DNA of 61,514 nucleotides from Coriobacteriia bacterium (GTDB lineage: Bacteria > Actinomycetota > Coriobacteriia > Anaerosomatales > PALSA-660), in contig JAUSBS010000065.1 in assembly GCA_030651905.1 (NCBI GenBank), forward strand, positions 1 through 61,514, written 5' to 3'. The position numbers were made by a program, and so were the translations under genes. The stretch's first letter is position 1; each line of letters opens with the position of its first letter. Of the stretch, positions 38,697 to 46,382 are shown piece by piece. Below the pieces are notes generated by a model that saw only the letters and a program-made list of their open reading frames with translations, had not been told where the DNA came from and ran no database searches.

Positions 38697-40448
38697 CTAT
38701 ACGATGACGCGCGTGACCTCTTCGACCGAGGTCTGACCCATCCTGACCTTCTCCAACCCGTCCAGACGCAGGGTCATCATGCCCTGCTCGATCGCGACCT
38801 TCTTGATCTCCTCTGCCGTCGCCCCCGCGACAGCCAGATGGGAGATCTCCTCGGACATGAGCAGGACTTCATGCACCCCCATGCGGCCTCGATACCCTGT
38901 GCCCCCGCACTTCTTGCAGCCCTTGGGCCGGAAGAGTCTCTCGGGGAGATCGTCCTCAGTGTAGCCCGCATCGAGAAGGAGTGCCTTGGGCGGGCTGTAC
39001 TCCTCCTTGCAGTCGGAGCACAGCCGCCTCGCCAGCCGCTGGCCCAGGATGCAATCCACGGCCGAGGACACGAGGAACGGCTCGACGCCCATCTCGACCA
39101 ATCGGGTGACCGCGCTCGGTGCGTCGTTGGTGTGCAGCGTCGAGAGCACGAGGTGACCGGTCAGCGCGGACTCGATAGCGATCTGAGCGGTCTCGTAGTC
39201 GCGGATCTCGCCGACGAGGATGACGTCCGGCGAGCATCGCAGGAAAGAACGCAGTGCTGCGGCGAAGGTGAGTCCCGCTCTCGGGTTCGTCTGGATCTGG
39301 TTGACACCCGGGAGGCGGTACTCGACCGGATCCTCGGCGGTGATGATGTGGCGGTGCGGCTCGTTCAGCACATTGATGGCCGCATAGAGAGACGTGGACT
39401 TCCCGGAGCCGGTCGGCCCCGTGACGAGGATGGCACCGTACGGCTTGCGGAAGGAGCCCTCGAACCGCTCCAGAGAGTTGGGCAGGAAGCCCAGATCGGA
39501 GAGCTTGAGCAGGATCGAGTCCTTGCGCAGGATACGCAGAACGACGCGCTCACCGTAGACCGTGGGCAGTGTCGAGACACGGAAGTCCAGCTTGTGACCC
39601 GCGATCGTGAGGGCGCAGTGGCCGTCCTGCGGCTTGCGCGTCTCAGCGATGTCCATGTCGGCCATGATCTTGAACCGGCTGAGGATGGCGGCCTGCGTGG
39701 ACTTCGGACTCCGCATGAGTTCGTGCAGGACGCCGTCGATCCGGTACCGTACGCGCAGATCGCGTTCCTGAGGCTCGACGTGGATGTCGGATGCCCGGTC
39801 GGCGACGGCCTTCGTGATCATGAAGTTGACGAGCTTGACGATCGGCGCATCCGAGGTCACCTCGGAGAGCGCCCCGAGATCGTCGCTCGACAACTCGTCG
39901 GTCCCGGCCATCCAGTCGTCCGCGTCGACGTGCTCGGCGACCTTGTAGGCGTCCTCCAGGTACGCGAGGATGTCATCCTTCGTCGATATGGCGGGCCGGA
40001 TCTCGAAGCCCGTGATGATCCGCAGATCGTCGAGGGCGAGGACGTTCTGCGGATCGGCCATGGCGACGATGAGGCGGTTCTGCTCGTCGAAGCCCACGGG
40101 CATGAGCACGTAGCGCACGGCGAGGTCCTTCGGAACGACCGCGATGGCAGTCGGGTCCGGCTTCCGCTCGCTGAAGTCGATATAGGGGATGCCGATCTGC
40201 TGGGCCATGACCGCAAGGATCGCGCCCTGAGTAGCGTAGCCGAGCTCCACGAGAACCCGACCGAGCGGACTGCCTGTCGCCTTGTGGACTTCGATGGCGT
40301 CGTTGAGCTGGCCGTCGGTGATGACGCCGGCCTTCATGAGGAGCTGACCCAGACGCTGTCCGGCTTCCGCCACGGAGTGACACGACCTTCTGTGGGAGCG
40401 ACAGACAAGGTGAGCGCCGACGGCGCGCTCGCCTTCATGGTACGCCAT
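38697..40448 (-). CDS. pilB: Type IV pilus extension ATPase PilB (GspE family), copy 1
   Basis: Motifs GPTGSGKST, GEIRD, LSTLHTNDA, and a tetracysteine CSDC...CKKC. The start is uncertain (ATG 40448 or GTG 40373). The track's longer start reads the (EP)n repeat in another frame. Confidence 0.85.
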   Translation of the reverse strand: MAYHEGERAVGAHLVCRSHRRSCHSVAEAGQRLGQLLMKAGVITDGQLNDAIEVHKATGSPLGRVLVELGYATQGAILAVMAQQIGIPYIDFSERKPDPTAIAVVPKDLAVRYVLMPVGFDEQNRLIVAMADPQNVLALDDLRIITGFEIRPAISTKDDILAYLEDAYKVAEHVDADDWMAGTDELSSDDLGALSEVTSDAPIVKLVNFMITKAVADRASDIHVEPQERDLRVRYRIDGVLHELMRSPKSTQAAILSRFKIMADMDIAETRKPQDGHCALTIAGHKLDFRVSTLPTVYGERVVLRILRKDSILLKLSDLGFLPNSLERFEGSFRKPYGAILVTGPTGSGKSTSLYAAINVLNEPHRHIITAEDPVEYRLPGVNQIQTNPRAGLTFAAALRSFLRCSPDVILVGEIRDYETAQIAIESALTGHLVLSTLHTNDAPSAVTRLVEMGVEPFLVSSAVDCILGQRLARRLCSDCKEEYSPPKALLLDAGYTEDDLPERLFRPKGCKKCGGTGYRGRMGVHEVLLMSEEISHLAVAGATAEEIKKVAIEQGMMTLRLDGLEKVRMGQTSVEEVTRVIV

Positions 40449-40498
40449 CGTAGGGCGGCTCGACAGGCGCGGGCCACGAGCTGCGGCATCGTCTCGGA

Positions 40499-41200
40499 TC
40501 AGCCGTGCCGAGCGCGCTTCAGGTCGTTCAGAAGGACGGCGGCGAGCCGCTGATACTTGAGGAACGTCGCCGTCCCGGCCTTGATGCCCACCCGTTGCGC
40601 TCCGTCCGAGAAGGAGAGTTCGACCGGCGCGACCATCGTGTACTCGGGAACGGCCCGCGACGGTTCGGGTTCGGGCTCCGGTTCGGGTTCGGGCTCGGGT
40701 TCGAGCTCGGGTTCGGGCTCGGGTTCGAGCATCGGGACGGGTGCCCAAGGACGCGCGAGCGGTTCCGACTCAGGGATGCGAGCTGCATCAGGTGCCGACA
40801 CGAAGGACTGTGACGGGATCGACTCATCTGCACTCTCGAGAAACGTCTCGCGCGTCGGAGCGAGGGCGGCGATAGCCGTCTCGAGCTCATCGGTGAAGCG
40901 ATCGATCCGCGGACCGTCCGATTCCCACGCGGTCGCGAGCGCCGGTGGTGTGACCAGAGCGGCCGCGGAAGGCGCGGGGGTCGCTTCGTCTGGTGGCGTC
41001 GTCTCATGCGGCGCCCAGGAACCGATATCGAGCGGAGTACTGAGACTCTCGTGTGCGCGGTGGTCGAGCGGTGACGGCGTGGCAGGAGCGTGGCTGTCGA
41101 GTTGCCGCCGACCCGCTCCCATGAGCGAGGCCAAGAAGTACACGAGCGCCGCCAGTAGCAGCACCGACGCTGCGGACAGGATGGCGAGCTTCGCATCCAC
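40499..41200 (-). CDS. Membrane-anchored Pro-rich/(EP)n protein with a small C-terminal domain (unknown function)
   Basis: 233 aa with a GTG start 5 nt after the GTPase stop. An N-terminal TM helix (LAILSAASVLLLAALVYFLASLM) is followed by RR, a Pro-rich region, then [23 protein letters not shown] and a roughly 50-aa tail. Confidence 0.5.
   Translation of the reverse strand: MDAKLAILSAASVLLLAALVYFLASLMGAGRRQLDSHAPATPSPLDHRAHESLSTPLDIGSWAPHETTPPDEATPAPSAAALVTPPALATAWESDGPRIDRFTDELETAIAALAPTRETFLESADESIPSQSFVSAPDAARIPESEPLARPWAPVPMLEPEPEPELEPEPEPEPEPEPEPSRAVPEYTMVAPVELSFSDGAQRVGIKAGTATFLKYQRLAAVLLNDLKRARHG
40661..40730 (-). repeat. Coding tandem repeat (6-nt period; gggttc/gggctc units) encoding (EP)n
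   Basis: The DNA reads ggttcgggttcgggctccggttcgggttcgggctcgggttcgagctcgggttcgggctcgggttcgagc. Confidence 0.9.
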
Positions 41201-41205
41201 CGCGC

Positions 41206-41784
41206 TCAGCTCATGCTGTCGAGGATGCGGTAGAGCAGCCCCAACAGGACGCCCTTGACCGAGTCACGATCGCGCGCGTCCACAGGGAGCAGCGCCACGT
41301 CCTCGGCCAGTCCGAGGCTCACACGCAGAGAGGACAACGCCTCGGCGTCGTCTGGACCGACCTTGTTGGCGGCAACCACGAACGGGACATCCGACATACC
41401 CCTGAAGAACTCGATCATCGCGACCGCTTCCTTCACCGAGTCGTCAGAGAGCGCGTCGACGAGCACGACGAATCCGAGCATCCCCTCGGAGAGCGTCTCC
41501 CACATGAAGGAGAAGCGCTGCTGTCCCGGCGTGCCGAACAAGTAGAGGACCACGTCGTCTGAGATCGTGATCCTGCCGAAGTCCATGGCGACCGTCGTCT
41601 CGCCCTGCCCCTCGCCCGATGTGTCGGTGATCTGGCGCTCGGTCGAAAGGACGGTGATCTCGCTCACCGACTTGATGAAGGTCGTCTTGCCGGCATTGAA
41701 GGGTCCGGTGACGACGACTTTCACTGACTGCATCTGTTGGGTCGCTCCCGTCGGTCGAACGTGCCTAGAGTCGCTTGACGCCAT
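41206..41784 (-). CDS. Small Ras-like P-loop GTPase (MglA/CvnD-like)
   Basis: G1 motif GPFNAGKTT, switch-I region [10 protein letters not shown]3 motif LFGTPGQ, and a G4-like AANKVG. The alternative start at ATG 41733 would remove the 20-nt overlap with the upstream gene. Confidence 0.75.
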   Translation of the reverse strand: MASSDSRHVRPTGATQQMQSVKVVVTGPFNAGKTTFIKSVSEITVLSTERQITDTSGEGQGETTVAMDFGRITISDDVVLYLFGTPGQQRFSFMWETLSEGMLGFVVLVDALSDDSVKEAVAMIEFFRGMSDVPFVVAANKVGPDDAEALSSLRVSLGLAEDVALLPVDARDRDSVKGVLLGLLYRILDSMS

Positions 41785-43858
41785 AGATGAGCTTGTGCAA
41801 GAGTTCGCGGTCCACGTGACTGTCCCTATGAAGCACGGGGGCCTCGCCTTCCGGCCCGGAGATCTTCGCGGCAGTCGCCACGGGACGAGCGCGCCCCGTG
41901 CCGCCGCCCGTGAGGGCGGTGAGTTCGTCGCCGAGCCCGGACGAGAACGACACCGCGCTCGAGTCGAAGTCCGCTAGGAACGCGTCGGTCGAGATGACGC
42001 CGGCGGGTTCGGAGGTCGCATCCGCCGCTGACGTCTCTTCGTCGAGTGCCGGACGGATGTCGACATCCACCGACATGTCATCGTCATCACCCCCGAGGCT
42101 TCCGAGCAGGTCCGCGATCTCCGGGAGATCGACGCCGATCGGCTCGGGCTCGGGTTCGGGTTCAACCGCGAGAGATTCCGAGGGCAACTCGCCCAGGCCG
42201 AGAGCCATGAGATCTACGGCGAAATCACCGGTCCGCTCAGGAACGCCGGGGGGGCCGCCGGTCGCATCCAGCGCGACCTCTTCAACAAGGGATGGCGTGG
42301 TCGGCTCGGCTTCGAGCGTGGCAAGCAGATCGGCAAGGTCCCCGGACATCAGTTCCGGTACAGACACCTCGTCATCGGTAGGCTCCGGTTCCGGACTCTC
42401 CGGCGGCAAGGGCTGCACAACTGCGAGCGCCTGCAGCGCCGCTTCGACCCCCATATCGGGCGCCTCCCACTCGAGCGACGCCGCCGGCTCTGCAGCCAGA
42501 GGATCCACCTCGACGGGAAGAGGCGCCCACGCCGGTGCGGAGCCGGTATCCGGCTCCATCGCCGATCCTATGGCGCTCGTCGGCTCCGGGACGCCTTCGG
42601 ACGCGGCGATCTCAGCTACGACCCACGACGGAAGCGCCTCATCCGGCTCGGGTTCGGGTTCGGGCTCGGGTTCGACGACAGGTTCCGGCTCGGGTTCGGG
42701 CTCGACGACAGGCTCGGGTTCGGGCTCGGGCTCGGGTTCGACCACAGGTCCCGGCTCGGGTTCGGGCTCGACGACAGGCTCGGGTTCGGGCTCGACGACA
42801 GGCTCGGGTTCCGGCTCGGGCTCAGGCTCGGGCGCGGGCTCCGCAAGGTTCGAGATCGCGGATTCAGCGTCTTCATCCAGAGTCGGCGCCACCGGAGGCG
42901 CCTCGAGGACCGCTCCCATCATCTGCTCGAAGACGGCCATATCGTCCGCACTCGGGGCCGGCGCATCGACGGAGAGGAAGGCAGGCTCCTCGGCGACACG
43001 ATCCTCGGACACGTCCGATGAGGACGCCGCGGCGACTTCCGGATTCTCGCTCGCCCATGTCGCCTTCGGTCTCGCGGCATCCTGCCGGGCGATCGTCGCC
43101 TCCAGCTCCACGCGTTCGGCCCTCAGCCGGACGACCTCCTCGTCCGAGGCCACTTCCAGCAGCCCGGCCGAGAACAGACCGTAGATCACGCGAGCTACCT
43201 CGAAGTCGGTGCGTCCGAGTTCTCGAGCAAGCTCCGCTACCGAGCGCGTACCGTCCACCTTCAACAGCAGATTCCACTCGACGGGCTTCAGTGAGATGTC
43301 GAACGTGCCTTCGCCCGGCGCCGTGGCCATCTTGAACACGATGTCCATCGACGGGATCTTCTTCTTTATGCGGGTCCACTCCTCGAGGCGGCGCGAACCC
43401 TCCATCACGATGTTCTCTATGGACACCGAGAGGCCGATGTCCTCCTCGGGCGCGGACTCCAGTGTCTCGAAGTCGAAGTCGCCATCGTCCCACCGGAACA
43501 GGTCGAAGATCGTGTCCTGTATCTGCTCCTGGACGAACGCCTCAAGGACCTTGGACGAGGTGAATCCCTCGTCGACGAGGATCTGTCCGAGCCTTCGCCC
43601 GGTCGGCTGCTCGGCCCGCTGTACATCGAGGGCCTTGGACAGTGCACTGGGAGTGATCTTCCCGGCGGCGACCAGTCGCGTCCCGAGCGGCTCACGGTGC
43701 CAGTCGGATTGGGCGAAGAAGACCTCGCCGTCACGGAACCAGACACTGCCCTCGGCCTCGGCGCGCTTGATATGCAGGACGCCCGACTTCCCGCTCAGCG
43801 TCACGAGTTGGAAGACGTCGGGCAGGCTGAAGTCCTTCAGGTTGCCGCGCAGTGCCAT
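41765..43858 (-). CDS. PATAN/DUF4388-domain protein with a long acidic, Pro-rich low-complexity region
   Basis: 697 aa. The N-terminus reads [49 protein letters not shown], followed by a helical insertion ([16 protein letters not shown]). A second globular region spans about 150-250 aa. After that come (EP)n/VV repeats. Confidence 0.7.
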   Translation of the reverse strand: MALRGNLKDFSLPDVFQLVTLSGKSGVLHIKRAEAEGSVWFRDGEVFFAQSDWHREPLGTRLVAAGKITPSALSKALDVQRAEQPTGRRLGQILVDEGFTSSKVLEAFVQEQIQDTIFDLFRWDDGDFDFETLESAPEEDIGLSVSIENIVMEGSRRLEEWTRIKKKIPSMDIVFKMATAPGEGTFDISLKPVEWNLLLKVDGTRSVAELARELGRTDFEVARVIYGLFSAGLLEVASDEEVVRLRAERVELEATIARQDAARPKATWASENPEVAAASSSDVSEDRVAEEPAFLSVDAPAPSADDMAVFEQMMGAVLEAPPVAPTLDEDAESAISNLAEPAPEPEPEPEPEPVVEPEPEPVVEPEPEPGPVVEPEPEPEPEPVVEPEPEPEPVVEPEPEPEPEPDEALPSWVVAEIAASEGVPEPTSAIGSAMEPDTGSAPAWAPLPVEVDPLAAEPAASLEWEAPDMGVEAALQALAVVQPLPPESPEPEPTDDEVSVPELMSGDLADLLATLEAEPTTPSLVEEVALDATGGPPGVPERTGDFAVDLMALGLGELPSESLAVEPEPEPEPIGVDLPEIADLLGSLGGDDDDMSVDVDIRPALDEETSAADATSEPAGVISTDAFLADFDSSAVSFSSGLGDELTALTGGGTGRARPVATAAKISGPEGEAPVLHRDSHVDRELLHKLIYGVKRL
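42141..42164 (-). repeat. Short (EP)4 coding repeat with the same DNA unit
   Basis: The DNA ggctcgggctcgggttcgggttca encodes EPEPEPEP. Confidence 0.8.
42644..42842 (-). repeat. Coding tandem repeat array encoding (EP)3-5-VV units
   Basis: About 200 nt of gggttc/gggctc hexamers, interrupted every 30-36 nt by gacgacagg. The peptide is [62 protein letters not shown]. Confidence 0.9.
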
Positions 43859-43918
43859 GCTTTGCGGTCCGCTCCCCTATTGTGTCGCGACGCCCCGGCC
43901 TGTCAGGCCGGCCACGCC

Positions 43919-44545
43919 TTATCGCAGAATGTCGCCGATCGCGCCGGCCGTCTCGCGCATGTCGTACAGGACGAGACCGAGCTTCGATCCCGGGGCTGAG
44001 AGTGCTGTGAGGACCGCTCGGTCCCCCGCCGCCATGAGCAACACGTATCCGTCGGCGCCTTCGATGAAGACCTGAGACAGGTGCCCGCGCCCGAGTTCCG
44101 TGGCCGCGCGCTCGCCCAGACCGAGGATCGCCGCCGACATGGCGCCGACCCGGTCCTCCTGCATGCCTTCCGGAAGCGCCGAAGCCATCGTGAACCCGTC
44201 GAGACTGACCAGCGCAGCGGCCTGCACGTCGGGCGAATGCTCCATGAGGCCGTCGAGCGCAGCGACGAGCCGCTCTTCGCGGGAAGCTTGGCGCGCCGCC
44301 GTCTGCGGTCGCACCGATGATGCCCCCGGGCCGGGGACAGCGATCGCGGCCGGCGTCGGAGCCGGGGCAACAGGCGCCTGCGGTGGCGAGACGGGTACTG
44401 GAGCGGCAGCGACGGGCACCGCGACCGGCTGAGCGACCGCAGAGACGACCGGAAGTACGACCGGAGCGCTCAGCAGTTCATCGTCTTCGTCCGTTCCCTC
44501 ATCGACCTCGCTGATGAAGTAGTCACCGATGCCGGCATCTGCCAC
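43919..44545 (-). CDS. Roadblock/LC7-domain protein (MglB/CvnB-like) with an acidic/Pro-Ala-Val-rich N-terminal extension
   Basis: The start is set at GTG 44543-44545, preceded by a GGGGGAGGTG SD. The C-terminal domain reads AALVSLDGFTMASALPEG...QVFIEGADGYVLLMAAGDRAVLTALSAPGSKLGLVLYDM. Confidence 0.7.
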   Translation of the reverse strand: MADAGIGDYFISEVDEGTDEDDELLSAPVVLPVVSAVAQPVAVPVAAAPVPVSPPQAPVAPAPTPAAIAVPGPGASSVRPQTAARQASREERLVAALDGLMEHSPDVQAAALVSLDGFTMASALPEGMQEDRVGAMSAAILGLGERAATELGRGHLSQVFIEGADGYVLLMAAGDRAVLTALSAPGSKLGLVLYDMRETAGAIGDILR

Positions 44546-44651
44546 GTCTCTCCACACCTCCCCCGACCGCGGGCGCAGGTACGCCCGGGGACACGTCAAC
44601 AAGCCTCTCCGTCCATCCGAGGCCCTTGCGTCCAGTGTTGCACGACCGCTA

Positions 44652-44686
44652 CTCGCGAACAACCGCGAACGACCCGTGTTCGAGAG
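44652..44686 (-). promoter_or_regulatory. Hairpin in the 159-nt spacer after pilB copy 2
   Basis: ctcgcgaaca pairs with tgttcgagag (9 of 10 bp) around a 15-nt loop. No U-tract, and the function is unclear. Confidence 0.25.
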
Positions 44687-44704
44687 ACCCGAGGAAGCGA
44701 TGCT

Positions 44705-46381
44705 TCAGACCACGACGCGCATGATCTCCTCGATGGAGGTCAGTCCCATCCGAACCTTCTCCATACCGTCGTCCCGCAACCTCAGCATGCCTTCTGCAAC
44801 GGCCTGCCGGCCGAGATCGTCGGCGGAGGCATGCTCGACCGCCATCCGCTCGAGCGTCTCGCTCATCGCGAACACCTCATGGATGCCCATCCGCCCCTTG
44901 TACCCGATGCTGTTGCAGCGCTTGCATCCCTTCGCCCGGTACAGGGTAGGCGGGTTGCCCGGTTCGTACGGGAAGCGGATCCGCTGAAGGACCTCCTCGG
45001 TCGGCGTATACGCCTCCTTGCACTCCGGGCACAGGCGCCGCGCGAGACGCTGGGCCAGCACGCAGTTGACCGCGGAGGCTGAGAGGAACGGTTCGATGCC
45101 CATCTCGGTGAGTCTCGTTATCGCACCGGGGGCGTCGTTCGTATGCAGGGTGGAGAGCACGAGGTGGCCGGTCAGCGCCGCCTCGATCGCGATCGTCGCG
45201 GTCTCCTTGTCACGGATCTCACCGATCATGACGGTGTCGGGGTCTTGGCGGAGGATGGAGCGGAGAGCCGCGGCGAACGTCAGTCCCGCTCGCTCGTGCA
45301 CCTGCACCTGGCTCAACCCTTCGAGTCGATACTCGACGGGGTCCTCGACCGTGATGAGATTCGTCGTCGGGTCGTTCGTCTTGTTGATGGCCGCATACAG
45401 CGTCGTCGACTTGCCCGAGCCGGTAGGACCGGTGACGAGGATGCAGCCGTACGGCTTGGTGAGCGCGTCCATGAGGCGCTCCAGCGGCTGCTCGAGGAAG
45501 CCGAGGTCCTCGAGAGACATCATGATCGAGTCGCGGCGGAGCAAGCGGATGACAGACATCTCTCCCTGGACGGTCGGCAGGACCGCCACGCGGAAGTCCA
45601 CGGCCTTCCCGTCCAAGACGACGCCGAACCGGCCGTCCTGCGGCTTGCGCTTCTCCGCGATGTCCATCCCGGACGAGATCTTCACTCGGCTGATCAACTG
45701 ACGATGGAGCTTCTTCGGGGAGCGGACGACCTCCTGGCAGACTCCGTCGATGCGGTAGCGCACCCTGAGCTCATGCTCCTGGGGTTCGATGTAGATGTCG
45801 CCGGCGCCCTGCCTGATGGCCTCCGTGATGATCAGGTTCATGAGTTTGGCGACGGCGGACTCTTCCCCGACCTCGTCGGCGTCCTCATCATCTGCGGATC
45901 CCGCAGCCAGCGAGCCCGTGACATCCCCGACCATGCCTTCGACATCGGTCTGCATCGCGGCGTACTTCTCGATGGCCTGGAGTAGCTCGCTCTCGCACGC
46001 TACGACGGGCCGGATCTCGTAGCCCGTGACGATCCGGAGGTCATCGATAGCGAATATGTTCGCCGGATCCGACATCGCGACCACGAGCTCATCGTCCTGG
46101 TGCGCGATGGGCAAGACGTTGTAGCGGCGCGCTAGATCCATGGCCAGCAGGGTCGCTGCGTGAGCGTCGATCTCGTACGCGCCGATGTCGACGAACGTCA
46201 GCCCCATCTGGTCGGCCACGGCCTGAGCGATCTTCGTCTCCGTCGTGACACCAGCCTGAACGAGGGCCTGCGAGAGCGTGAGGCCCTCGGAGTCAGCGAG
46301 GGTCTCGTCGAGCTGCGCCTCGGTGATCACTCCGGCCTTGACGAGGATCTTGCCGAGCCGTTTGCCGCTGGCGGCGGTCAC
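44705..46381 (-). CDS. PilB/GspE-family ATPase, copy 2
   Basis: 558 aa. GTG start 1 nt after the aroE stop, with a GGAGGG SD inside aroE. Motifs GPTGSGKST, GEIRD, LSTLHTNDA and CPEC...CKRC. Confidence 0.85.
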   Translation of the reverse strand: MTAASGKRLGKILVKAGVITEAQLDETLADSEGLTLSQALVQAGVTTETKIAQAVADQMGLTFVDIGAYEIDAHAATLLAMDLARRYNVLPIAHQDDELVVAMSDPANIFAIDDLRIVTGYEIRPVVACESELLQAIEKYAAMQTDVEGMVGDVTGSLAAGSADDEDADEVGEESAVAKLMNLIITEAIRQGAGDIYIEPQEHELRVRYRIDGVCQEVVRSPKKLHRQLISRVKISSGMDIAEKRKPQDGRFGVVLDGKAVDFRVAVLPTVQGEMSVIRLLRRDSIMMSLEDLGFLEQPLERLMDALTKPYGCILVTGPTGSGKSTTLYAAINKTNDPTTNLITVEDPVEYRLEGLSQVQVHERAGLTFAAALRSILRQDPDTVMIGEIRDKETATIAIEAALTGHLVLSTLHTNDAPGAITRLTEMGIEPFLSASAVNCVLAQRLARRLCPECKEAYTPTEEVLQRIRFPYEPGNPPTLYRAKGCKRCNSIGYKGRMGIHEVFAMSETLERMAVEHASADDLGRQAVAEGMLRLRDDGMEKVRMGLTSIEEIMRVVV

Positions 46382-46382
46382 A

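Noticed and set aside
40449-40748. N-terminal extension of the PilB track ORF (MGTRPDARTRARTRARTR...).
   Set aside because: It is an alternative-frame reading of the (EP)n DNA repeat and it overlaps the upstream gene. PilB homology begins only near 40373-40448.
42644-42842. Regularly spaced repeats that could be mistaken for a CRISPR array.
   Set aside because: The period is 6 nt, with 30-36-nt super-units, and there are no unique spacers. The region is fully coding in frame as (EP)n-VV. No cas genes are present.
41898-43184. 428-aa plus-strand ORF rich in GSGSGS, and similar ORFs at 40557-41258 and 42535-43335.
   Set aside because: These are the antisense or alternative-frame translation of the same hexamer repeat. 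The minus-strand frame carries the PATAN domain and is the real gene.
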